Shown one piece after another: positions 56,660 to 64,000 of a DNA stretch of 64,000 nucleotides; position 1 is the first letter of the stretch, and every line of letters begins with the position of its first letter. The DNA is taken from IMG/VR virus record IMGVR_UViG_3300027751_000004, positions 56,034-120,033 of that record; one strand, written 5' to 3'. Position numbers and translations under genes: made by a program. This stretch comes from a virus (lineage: Duplodnaviria > Caudoviricetes). The notes below the pieces were generated by a model, which was not told where the DNA came from, ran no database searches, and saw only the letters and a program-made list of their open reading frames with translations.

Positions 56660-57648
56660 TAGTTTAGATCAATCCTAGACGCTTTAACTTTCACAGTCGC
56701 AGCCTTGGTGGATTGAGCACCGCCATAAGTTTCAGTTACAGTACCACCTGTTTTTTCTGATATATTCTGCCCGACTTCTGTTGATTTACTTTTACTATAA
56801 GTTTCAGATACTTCACCAGAAACTTCTTCTGTCAAATTGCCAGTAATAGTCTCAGTAAAATTACCGCCAATCGTTTCGGTTTTATCACCAGTAACATCAA
56901 TATTCCAATTACCTAAAATAGTTGTATTACAATCTTGGTCGATCGTTAAATTACAAACACCTGTAATGTGGACGTTATCGTTGCCTGTAGTAATATGGAA
57001 GCGATTACCATTATGCTGTACAACATCGCCATTCGGATGCATCTCTACAAACGTACCTGAACGATGCCTTACATTAATTCTCTCTGCCCCTGGAGTATCG
57101 TCTATCTCGATAATATGACCAGAAGTCGTTTGTGTTACTTTATTATTTGGATACTCTGCGGCATAAGCTGTGACAGGTTCTTCAGTTACAGTATCAAGTT
57201 CTCGTATGATAGTGTTGGTGCCACGTGCTAACAAGTTAGTGTCGTTATAGACTTCTTCTAAATCTGTACCATCGGTATCTTGCTGAAACTTTGGATAGGT
57301 TTCAGAAGCGTCTGAAAAACCTTTATCAGCTGGTGGCTTCTCTTGAAAGGTAGAGCCCACCGTCCCCATAACAATAGGATCTTGCGCAGCAGCACCGTCA
57401 CGGAAAAATCCTACGACCCAAGATCCATTTACCAATGCATGACTAGTCTTACCAATCCCCGAAGTATGCGCTGAGTCTGTTGGACCCATTACAGTAGCCC
57501 ATGGAAGATCTTCCGTAGGCAAGTCAGTTTTTACGTCTGTGTGATATCCATATGCTCGCACCTTAACACGACCAACCATAAGAGGGTCTAGAATATCCTC
57601 TACAACCCCAGTAAACCACACAAATTGTTTATTAAACGCACTCTGCAT
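56659..57648 (-). CDS. gp5: Baseplate central spike (OB-fold + beta-helix, no lysozyme domain)
   Basis: WF.GVVED..DP...GRVKVR..G.H, LPWA, V.GFF.DG..AQ.P, YP.N.V..T.SGH..E.DDTPG.ER, V/I.G-type 8-aa repeats; start placed at MQSAF. Confidence 0.92.
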   Translation of the reverse strand: MQSAFNKQFVWFTGVVEDILDPLMVGRVKVRAYGYHTDVKTDLPTEDLPWATVMGPTDSAHTSGIGKTSHALVNGSWVVGFFRDGAAAQDPIVMGTVGSTFQEKPPADKGFSDASETYPKFQQDTDGTDLEEVYNDTNLLARGTNTIIRELDTVTEEPVTAYAAEYPNNKVTQTTSGHIIEIDDTPGAERINVRHRSGTFVEMHPNGDVVQHNGNRFHITTGNDNVHITGVCNLTIDQDCNTTILGNWNIDVTGDKTETIGGNFTETITGNLTEEVSGEVSETYSKSKSTEVGQNISEKTGGTVTETYGGAQSTKAATVKVKASRIDLN

Positions 57649-57818
57649 TATAACCACCATCCTAATTTAGCGCCATTATGTATTATAATCATAAAGCATG
57701 CTATCATATGAGCAATCCACCAAAAGGTTCTAATACCAGCAACCATGTCTGCCTGTTTATCGGTTTCGCCGACTTTTTCTCCGAGCGACTTTGCCCAGAT
57801 TCTCCATAATTTTTTCAT
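57648..57818 (-). CDS. 56-aa membrane protein (MKKLWRIWAKSLGEKVGETDKQADMVAGIRTFWWIAHMIACFMIIIHNGAKLGWWL)
   Basis: Read by hand; fills the gap exactly, TAATG-coupled to gp5; below the ORF-track cutoff. Confidence 0.75.
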   Translation of the reverse strand: MKKLWRIWAKSLGEKVGETDKQADMVAGIRTFWWIAHMIACFMIIIHNGAKLGWWL

Positions 57819-57819
57819 T

Positions 57820-59142
57820 CTAGCCATAACCTTTACTAGATCTTAAAGAACTAAATTTAGATCCAGCATCTTTCACGTAATTCTTCCTTAATCCTAATGT
57901 TTGATTGTAGTAGCCGTCTTTGTCAAATGTATGCATAACTGTCGCCACTAGGTATACCCCTGAAATATATTCATCAATAGGAACTGTAACATCTTCAGGA
58001 TCCATTGCTGGAGGTATTTCTATCTCAATCATCTTACCAGCTTGTACTCTAGAGTCTCCGTAAATATCAATGGAGTGTGACGCAGCAAATTGAGTTTCGC
58101 CTACAAAATTTCTATCAGCAATATAGTTTACTGATTCTTGGTGTAAGTTTGTAGTACCCTCTTCAAACCCTGTTAAGTTTGTTGCTAGAAATATTTGCTT
58201 AGAATCTAAAAATTCTGTTGCTGGTTCATCACCGATAGTGAAGCCAGAATCAAGGGTAAACCTACCAGCAGAATCCATAGGAGTTGCACTACTACCATCG
58301 ATATGATAGTCTTGAACAACAAAGGATTTGTTCGATATATCCAAGGAATACACCGTACTAAAAAACGCACCTCGTTTTATTCCTTCGTAATTAGACACGC
58401 CAAGTTTAGAATTAAAACTTTTTATGCGTAGTCTATTTTTATCAAATTCTTCTTCGTGAGGAGATGACTGATCTTCTGAGAGGAAAACATACTTATCGAC
58501 AGGAGATTCTCCAACTAACTTTTCGTCAGTGATTAGATTAGCATCTCCCCACAATGTATCATAAAGATAAAAAGGACTTCCATTAGCGTTTGCCGCACGG
58601 GATAATAACAACCCAAAGGTATCCATATATGTATGATTTGGATACACTATTTTCATATTACCCACAGCATCATCACCGACAACTAGGTCAGTCTTAAATG
58701 ATACCTCATCCCATAGTCTTGAAATCATTTCGGTGGGGGTGTCGCTGTCTGATCTAGAGATTCTCTTTATGCTAGTCTTAAACGCAGTATCAGTAATAGC
58801 TTTGAACTTATATGCCTGTCCTTCATTACTTGGTCGAGCATATGCTTCAATTTTAGTAAGTATAAGGTACTTAGTTATCTGTTCTTCAGAGCCATCAGGC
58901 GTATCTTTTTTAACCAGAGTGAGTTCTATTTTTTCATTACCCGACACAGTAAACCTTTCAAGAATATTAACAGCATCTACAATAGTAAACTCATAAATAT
59001 TAAACATGCTATTGATGGACTCGAGGACAGTAAAGCTCGAGATTAGGTATGCCATGTCGACAGTTTCACCGCTGAAGTCTGTTAAGACGCACTCCTGCAG
59101 CTCGTATCTTCCTGGTTTTGAGTAATATTGAGAATTAGCCAT
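57820..59142 (-). CDS. Baseplate hub protein (gp27-like position)
   Basis: 440 aa between gp53 and gp5; I.D...ILE.....GNE.I.L at the N-terminus and G......G..I.I.......SG.YLV..V.H at the C-terminus. Confidence 0.62.
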   Translation of the reverse strand: MANSQYYSKPGRYELQECVLTDFSGETVDMAYLISSFTVLESINSMFNIYEFTIVDAVNILERFTVSGNEKIELTLVKKDTPDGSEEQITKYLILTKIEAYARPSNEGQAYKFKAITDTAFKTSIKRISRSDSDTPTEMISRLWDEVSFKTDLVVGDDAVGNMKIVYPNHTYMDTFGLLLSRAANANGSPFYLYDTLWGDANLITDEKLVGESPVDKYVFLSEDQSSPHEEEFDKNRLRIKSFNSKLGVSNYEGIKRGAFFSTVYSLDISNKSFVVQDYHIDGSSATPMDSAGRFTLDSGFTIGDEPATEFLDSKQIFLATNLTGFEEGTTNLHQESVNYIADRNFVGETQFAASHSIDIYGDSRVQAGKMIEIEIPPAMDPEDVTVPIDEYISGVYLVATVMHTFDKDGYYNQTLGLRKNYVKDAGSKFSSLRSSKGYG

Positions 59143-59881
59143 TGATCAACTTTCTAAACGATATAGCGAAATCACGGATATATGAACTTCTCAGCACTCG
59201 TATGAACCTTTTACTATCATTAATAGCTTCTTCGGATTGTCTGTAAGTCACGGATAAGTCTGGTCTCCTTATATTTTCAGAGTTAGAAAACAATTCATCA
59301 TTTGAATCTTTATAATATGCGGTCGATTCAGCATAAGGCAATAAATCCCTATTCGACCCTATAATACCAGTACCTGCTACTTCAATAATCTGTTCTGTGC
59401 TTGAAAATTTGGTAGAGGTTTTATACTCAACTACTAGCTGATTTATTTCTGGGTTTCTTTTAATAATAGTAGCTTCCGCACCAGAATCAAGACCCCTTAA
59501 AGTTCTACCTTCAAGAAATTTATTATGAATAGAGTTAGCATTATAAACTTGACTTTCATCTCTATACATGGTAATTGCATATAGATTTTCTGGATATTTT
59601 GTTTGTATATAATCACGAAGTTCTATAGAAGTCAATGGCCATTCTTTATGACCACCTTTAAGAGTATCATTAATTATAAAGAAAGACCAATGATAGTTCG
59701 GGTCTCCATATAATCTTTCTGATAACTGATCGGGTCTTTCATCTTGAACCTCATAAAACTGGTAAGGCGTTGCCGAATCAAATCTTCTATCAACTATTTT
59801 TACTTGTCGGAATAGGTCAGCGATTTTGACACCGCCATTACCAAAATTGTACTCTATTGTAGGAAAACTATCAAAAAACAT
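59135..59881 (-). CDS. gp53: Baseplate wedge subunit (LysM-like)
   Basis: FF..FP.I.Y, ERPDQLS.RLYGDP.YHW.....N, WP, E...ND.KR.I..L. Confidence 0.9.
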   Translation of the reverse strand: MFFDSFPTIEYNFGNGGVKIADLFRQVKIVDRRFDSATPYQFYEVQDERPDQLSERLYGDPNYHWSFFIINDTLKGGHKEWPLTSIELRDYIQTKYPENLYAITMYRDESQVYNANSIHNKFLEGRTLRGLDSGAEATIIKRNPEINQLVVEYKTSTKFSSTEQIIEVAGTGIIGSNRDLLPYAESTAYYKDSNDELFSNSENIRRPDLSVTYRQSEEAINDSKRFIRVLRSSYIRDFAISFRKLING

Positions 59882-59886
59882 TACTG

Positions 59887-60666
59887 TTACTCCTCCTTCG
59901 GTGCTAGTGCTACGATTTCATCACGTTGTAGAGCCTTAATCTCACGGAAAGCAAGGGTTACATCAACCTCAATAGGAGAACCATCTTTATGCGTTAGACC
60001 AGAGGATGTATTATAAGTAGCCTGACAACTTTCAAGAAAACACTTATATGGTTGAGCGATAAACTGATTTATTCCACCACCTATAGCCATAAAATTTATA
60101 GTCCATTCGGCAGGATATGTTACAGTAATCCCATCCTTCACGCCATACATATATTTTCTAAAATTATTTACTATTTTATTAATAACAGCAGCATCATCTG
60201 AGCTCTCTGCTACCATCTTAAATGTAAAGTTATGTTGACGTATCTCTGAGTTTGTATATTGTAATACTGTATTGGGATTAATCGCCTTACTTTTGTTTGA
60301 TAGGACAAGGTCAGAAACTCTATCACCAACGCCACCCCCAAGACCAAAGTTAGAAAATGCCTTTTGCAAAACTGCTGAATCAAGAGCCTTATTGCCAGTG
60401 TTTGCTGAATCTTCTAAAGATTGTTTTAATCCTTTTGTGTCGAGTTTTCCATCTTTGTCGATTAATCCTTGGATGCCATCTTCACCCCCACCAATAATCC
60501 CAAGATCTAGATTACCATAAGATGCCCCATCAGACACAGCGACAGTGGGTGGCATATAAAGGCATATGTTAACAACTTCTCCATCACCTTTCTTTTCGTA
60601 TCCTTTAAATCTAACGTAGTTATGCTTTTCATCGCTGAGATTAGCAGGAAATCTATATGTTGCCAT
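59887..60666 (-). CDS. gp48: Baseplate tail-tube cap
   Basis: I.LYMP, NPN...Y....R.H.F.F...., YP.EW.I.F, C.L......Y, G.P......L.F.E. Confidence 0.82.
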   Translation of the reverse strand: MATYRFPANLSDEKHNYVRFKGYEKKGDGEVVNICLYMPPTVAVSDGASYGNLDLGIIGGGEDGIQGLIDKDGKLDTKGLKQSLEDSANTGNKALDSAVLQKAFSNFGLGGGVGDRVSDLVLSNKSKAINPNTVLQYTNSEIRQHNFTFKMVAESSDDAAVINKIVNNFRKYMYGVKDGITVTYPAEWTINFMAIGGGINQFIAQPYKCFLESCQATYNTSSGLTHKDGSPIEVDVTLAFREIKALQRDEIVALAPKEE

Positions 60667-60679
60667 GTTTTTTACCCGA

Positions 60680-60686
60680 ATAAATA
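60680..60686 (+). promoter_or_regulatory. Late promoter variant (AATAAATA) for gp4
   Basis: ATAAATA core 27 nt upstream of the gp4 ATG. Confidence 0.6.
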
Positions 60687-60706
60687 GAGTTAAAGTATTA
60701 TAGTGT

Positions 60707-60714
60707 TATTTATA
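60707..60714 (-). promoter_or_regulatory. T4-type late promoter for the gp48-gp53-hub-gp5 operon
   Basis: TATAAATA on the minus strand, overlapping the first base of the gp4 ATG. Confidence 0.82.
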
Positions 60715-61187
60715 TGAAAACATACAAAGGAAAATACACACCCAAAAATAAGAGTAAATACGTGGGTGATGTAAAAAATATCGTTTATCGTTCTCTCTGG
60801 GAGAGGCAAACGTTCAGATGGGCAGATGATAACCCTGCTATCCTCGAGTGGGGATCGGAGGAAGTCGTCATTCCCTATGTTTGCGCTACAGATAATAAAG
60901 TCCACCGATACTATATAGACATGTATTTTAAGACCGCAGATGGCAAGAAGTATCTGATAGAGATTAAACCAAAGTCGCAGACAGTACCGCCCAAAAAAGG
61001 TCAACGCCAAACAAAACGTTTCATCACAGAATCATTGACCTACATCAAGAACACTTCTAAATGGAAAGCTGCCACAGAGTTTGCTCAGGACAATGGATGC
61101 ATATTCCAAATATGGACAGAGGATGTATTAAAGGGTATTGGGATAAAGATACTTGGCGGAAAGGTAAAGCGTAAGAAGAAAAAATAG
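60714..61187 (+). CDS. gp4: Head completion protein (TnsA-like nuclease fold)
   Basis: YKGKY.P.N..KY.GD, YRSLWE, W.SEE..IPY, HRYY.D, IEIKP..QT, KW.AA. Confidence 0.93.
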   Translation: MKTYKGKYTPKNKSKYVGDVKNIVYRSLWERQTFRWADDNPAILEWGSEEVVIPYVCATDNKVHRYYIDMYFKTADGKKYLIEIKPKSQTVPPKKGQRQTKRFITESLTYIKNTSKWKAATEFAQDNGCIFQIWTEDVLKGIGIKILGGKVKRKKKK

Positions 61188-61193
61188 AGATAG

Positions 61194-61245
61194 ACCATCC
61201 CCAGCAGGGGTGTTATATTATACCTTATTATTGAATAAAAGTAAA
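61194..61245 (-). promoter_or_regulatory. Orphan early-type promoter followed by a G-rich box, antisense to gp4
   Basis: TTTACT(61245-40)-N17-TATAAT(61222-17), then GGGGATGGT (61202-61194). Confidence 0.75.
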
Positions 61246-61254
61246 GGGAAATCT

Positions 61255-61262
61255 TATAAATA
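61255..61262 (+). promoter_or_regulatory. T4-type late promoter (gp2 operon)
   Basis: TATAAATA 5 nt upstream of the gp2 ATG. Confidence 0.85.
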
Positions 61263-61267
61263 GTGCT

Positions 61268-61861
61268 ATGGCTGAATCATTGTTTCAAAACTTAGAATCA
61301 CAAGCGTTTCGTGCGGGAGTAACTCCACGAACAGATGAATCACGTAAGTGGTTTCGTCAAAAAATTCAACAGATGGGTAAAGTAAACCGACAACAGATTT
61401 TAAAAGATCCTTTACTGGATACGCAAAAGAGATTTGTTACTGGTAAGATGTTTATGTTCTTCTACGATCCAAAGTATCGTGAGACGTTACCTTACTATGA
61501 TGCGTTTCCTTTGACCATTATGATAAGTCCTGCTCCTGGAGGGTTCTATGGGTTGAACCTACACTACCTATCTCCAATGGTAAGGGCAAGATTCTTAGAT
61601 AAATTAATGGCGCTACAAAATAATAAAAATAACGATGAGACGACCAGATTAAAATTAACCTATAATATGTTACAAGGTGCTAAAAAGTATAGAGAATTTA
61701 AACCTTGTTTTAAGCATTACTTGACAAAACATGTAGACTCAAGGATTGTTCGTGTTGACCCACCTGAGTGGGAGATCGCAGTATTCTTACCCACAGAGCA
61801 ATTCCGTAAACAAAGTAAATCCCGTGTTTGGGGAGAATCTAAGAGGTCGTTTAGTAGCTAA
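61268..61861 (+). CDS. gp2: DNA end protector protein
   Basis: S..WF, G.M.MF.YDPK...TLPYYD.FPL, GLNLHYL, K.YL..HV, LPT..F.K. Confidence 0.92.
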   Translation: MAESLFQNLESQAFRAGVTPRTDESRKWFRQKIQQMGKVNRQQILKDPLLDTQKRFVTGKMFMFFYDPKYRETLPYYDAFPLTIMISPAPGGFYGLNLHYLSPMVRARFLDKLMALQNNKNNDETTRLKLTYNMLQGAKKYREFKPCFKHYLTKHVDSRIVRVDPPEWEIAVFLPTEQFRKQSKSRVWGESKRSFSS

Positions 61862-62700
61862 TGGCAGATTATCTAAATTTTGATAAACAATTAGGCATGG
61901 TGGTAGCACGGAAAGGTTATGCTAAGTCAAACAGATACCGTGTTGATGTAAATTTACCGCCATTAGTCAGCAGTCAAATTATTAGTGGGTACAGTTTAGA
62001 GCAAATAAATATGCTTTGCGAGTCTGTAACTTTACCCAGCCGTGCTTTGTCTACAAACGAATATACCAATGGGACTCAGACTAAGAAAATACCATATACC
62101 TATATCGATGAAGATGTAGTAATGGAATTTAATCTCTCTGGGGATTACTACCCAAAGTTAGTTATGGATAATTGGATTGAATCTATCCTTCAACCCGATG
62201 GTTTTGTAGCACAATATAAAAAGAATTTCGTTGCAGATATCCAGATTTATGGTCAGGATATAAATGATAATAACGTATACAAAATAAACCTAATAAATGC
62301 ATACCCGATTAGTGTTGGAGATATACAGCTGTCTAATGCTAATGAAAATACTATTGGTAAGTTCCAAGTTTCTTTTGCTTATGATAGATTCGAGTTTGCT
62401 GCTGGAGATTTTAAAAATACACCACCACCGATAGTTAATGTTCCTAGCGCATTAAACGGATTAGCAGGCGGTCGATTTGGCGGTATATTTGGATTTCTTT
62501 CCGATTTAAATGGAGAGTTTTCTACATTGAATAAAGCAGTAAATAGTTTCAATACTAACAGACAAAATGCGAGAAATTTGAAAGCTAATGTTAACGGTTT
62601 GAAAGGCATTAAGTCTATTGATGCAGCTCAGGGCGGAATAAGCGGTACTTCGGAGTCAATAAGCACTCTAGGCAAGAGCCTAAATAGATTAGGATTCTAA
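61861..62700 (+). CDS. gp54: Baseplate tail-tube initiator (gp54-like, tube-fold paralogue) with low-complexity C-terminal extension
   Basis: G.A..NR..V, LCESV.LP, W...I, L.NAYP.S.G...L, F.V.F.Y. Confidence 0.7.
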   Translation: MADYLNFDKQLGMVVARKGYAKSNRYRVDVNLPPLVSSQIISGYSLEQINMLCESVTLPSRALSTNEYTNGTQTKKIPYTYIDEDVVMEFNLSGDYYPKLVMDNWIESILQPDGFVAQYKKNFVADIQIYGQDINDNNVYKINLINAYPISVGDIQLSNANENTIGKFQVSFAYDRFEFAAGDFKNTPPPIVNVPSALNGLAGGRFGGIFGFLSDLNGEFSTLNKAVNSFNTNRQNARNLKANVNGLKGIKSIDAAQGGISGTSESISTLGKSLNRLGF

Positions 62701-62743
62701 TGATTTTTTTATAGTTTTTACAAATTGAGGTGAAATAATAACT

Positions 62744-63448
62744 ATGGCATTACCTAAACTGGGGACACCCAAATATGTCCTGACAGTACCATCGTCAGGT
62801 AAAGAGATTGAATATAGACCATACACGGTTAGAGAAGAAAAGGCATTATTGATAGCGGTCGAAAGTAAAGATCAGAAGCAAATGATCATGGCTGTAAGAG
62901 ACCTAATCGACGAATGTACGTTTAAATCAGTAGACTCCATGGGAATGGCTTCTTTTGACTTTGAATATATCTTCTTAAAAATTAGATCACGTTCTGTAGG
63001 TGAAGGATCAGATCTATTATTTAAGTGTAAAGGTTGTGATGGTAAAAACGAATACACAGTAAACCTTGACGATGTTGAAGTGCAAGGCGAAGTAAAAAGA
63101 AATTTAAAGACACAACTGTCAGAAGAGGTTGGCGTTATCCTAAAGTACCCAACTGTAAAAGGTGCTGCAGAGAGCGTTTCGGAAGGAAAGAGTCAATACG
63201 ATACAACAGTAGATATGATTATCTCATGTATTGATTCTATCTACGACAAGGATGACGTTTATCCTGCTAATGAGCAATCGCCAGCAGAGTTACGTGATTT
63301 TGTAGAGAGTTTCTCTTCACAGCAATTTAAAGACGTTGTTGAATTGTTTAACGAAATGCCTATGGTAAGGCACGATGTGGAATTTAATTGTACACATTGC
63401 GGTATTAAAAACGAAATTAAACTAGAGGGTCTCCAGAGTTTTTTCTAA
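62744..63448 (+). CDS. gp26: Baseplate hub assembly / tail assembly chaperone-like protein (usually annotated gp26 in marine T4-like phages)
   Basis: MALPKL..P.Y.L..PS.G..I.YRP..V.EEK.LL.A, D.EY.FL.IR..SVGE, two CxxC pairs, ends LEGLQSFF. Confidence 0.85.
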   Translation: MALPKLGTPKYVLTVPSSGKEIEYRPYTVREEKALLIAVESKDQKQMIMAVRDLIDECTFKSVDSMGMASFDFEYIFLKIRSRSVGEGSDLLFKCKGCDGKNEYTVNLDDVEVQGEVKRNLKTQLSEEVGVILKYPTVKGAAESVSEGKSQYDTTVDMIISCIDSIYDKDDVYPANEQSPAELRDFVESFSSQQFKDVVELFNEMPMVRHDVEFNCTHCGIKNEIKLEGLQSFF

Positions 63449-63636
63449 TTTGTCTTTCTCATGAGTCTCTGGAGAATTTTTATAAAACGAATTTTGCTAT
63501 GATGCAGTTTCATCAATATTCGTTAACAGAGATTGAAGATATGCTACCATGGGAAAGACAGATATACACTGCTTTACTTAATGAGCATGTAAAAGAACAA
63601 AACGAAGAGATTAAACGTAGAAATTTAAGTAGATAG
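63445..63636 (+). CDS. gp51: gp51-like short ORF in the -1 frame of gp26 (first ATG at 63499)
   Basis: Read by hand: LICLSHESLENFYKTNFAMMQFHQYSLTEIEDMLPWERQIYTALLNEHVKEQNEEIKRRNLSR*; not in the ORF track. Confidence 0.8.
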   Translation, partial: LICLSHESLENFYKTNFAMMQFHQYSLTEIEDMLPWERQIYTALLNEHVKEQNEEIKRRNLSR

Positions 63637-63645
63637 GAATATAAA

Positions 63646-63963
63646 ATGAGTGATGAACAAAAATTTCACCCAGCCGATACTAATGGCGATGGGCATGTAA
63701 CAAAAGAAGAAGAAGCGATGTACCTCGAGTTTAAACGCAAAGAGTTAGAAGATGCAGATGCTATGCGTGATGCTCAACGTAACATGACATGGTTTGCTCT
63801 TGGTGGATTACTATTATATCCATTTGCGGTTGTTCTTGCATCACTAGCTGGTTTAGATCAAGCACAGGATACACTAGGCGATATGGCACCAACATACTTT
63901 GTAGCTGTTGCTGGTATTGTTGCTGCGTTCTTTGGTACTCAAGCTATGAAAGGTAAGAAGTAA
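63646..63963 (+). CDS. EF-hand-containing two-pass membrane protein
   Basis: DTNGDGHVTKEE canonical EF-hand loop; two hydrophobic helices; basic C-terminus; AGGA RBS. Confidence 0.75.
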   Translation: MSDEQKFHPADTNGDGHVTKEEEAMYLEFKRKELEDADAMRDAQRNMTWFALGGLLLYPFAVVLASLAGLDQAQDTLGDMAPTYFVAVAGIVAAFFGTQAMKGKK

Positions 63964-64000
63964 TGGATCCTTTGAGTGCTTGGGAAAGTTTATCGTATGT
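63963..64000 (+). CDS. Start of the next ORF (MDPLSAWESLSY...), truncated by the window edge
   Basis: TAATG coupling with the previous stop. Confidence 0.5.
   Translation, partial: MDPLSAWESLSY

Noticed and set aside
55330-59142. Type VI secretion or extracellular contractile injection system (PAAR, VgrG-like)
   Set aside because: Genes sit within a complete T4-like head, packaging and replication gene set
1-64000. Stop-codon reassignment
   Set aside because: Core genes are intact in the standard code, and TAA, TAG and TGA all end genes at expected positions
1-64000. tRNA, rRNA, integrase or transposase
   Set aside because: Intergenic gaps are short and accounted for by promoters and hairpins; no cloverleaf or recombinase motifs seen by eye
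1-64000. Apparent scarcity of CCGG/GGCC (restriction-site avoidance)
   Set aside because: Impression only; low GC could explain it and I cannot compute observed/expected k-mer counts here

Overview
A 64-kb, AT-rich segment of a lytic T4-like myophage genome, with no integrase, tRNA, rRNA or CRISPR seen. The gene order resembles marine T4-like phages: no gp24, a lysozyme-less gp5, a VrlC/DUF4815-type protein and a MoxR-AAA/VWA pair. No photosynthesis genes lie in the window; AGGA/GGAG ribosome-binding sites and a GH19 endolysin are compatible with a proteobacterial host (inference). Almost everything from 1 to 60666 is on the minus strand. Read in transcription order it runs: baseplate/hub (gp48, gp53, hub, gp5, PAAR, gp25, gp6, a 2556-aa gp7-like protein, gp8), a VrlC-like protein and fibres, neck/packaging/tail/head (gp13-gp23, gp3), uvsY, uvsW, gp55, gp47, gp46, a VWA/metallopeptidase plus MoxR ATPase, gp45, a DsbA-like protein, a GH19 endolysin and dCMP deaminase. 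A plus-strand block (gp4, gp2, gp54-like, gp26-like, gp51-like, EF-hand membrane protein) starts at 60714. Two promoter classes are readable by eye: six TTTACT-N17-TATAAT early-type promoters and about a dozen TATAAATA-type late promoters. The most notable observations are: (1) two early-type promoters that drive no gene, point antisense, and share a GGGGA(G/T)GGT box at identical spacing, making them candidate R-loop origins or antisense RNAs; (2) a U_UUU_UUC -1 frameshift site joining the gp26-like and gp51-like ORFs; (3) three AUAU-loop hairpins in a tail-fibre leader, the last one covering the start codon; (4) a mosaic 26-aa acidic repeat array plus dockerin-like and cupredoxin-like modules in gp7, part of a recurring Ca2+-motif theme in virion proteins. 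All family assignments come from recalled motifs and synteny; no database search was run.
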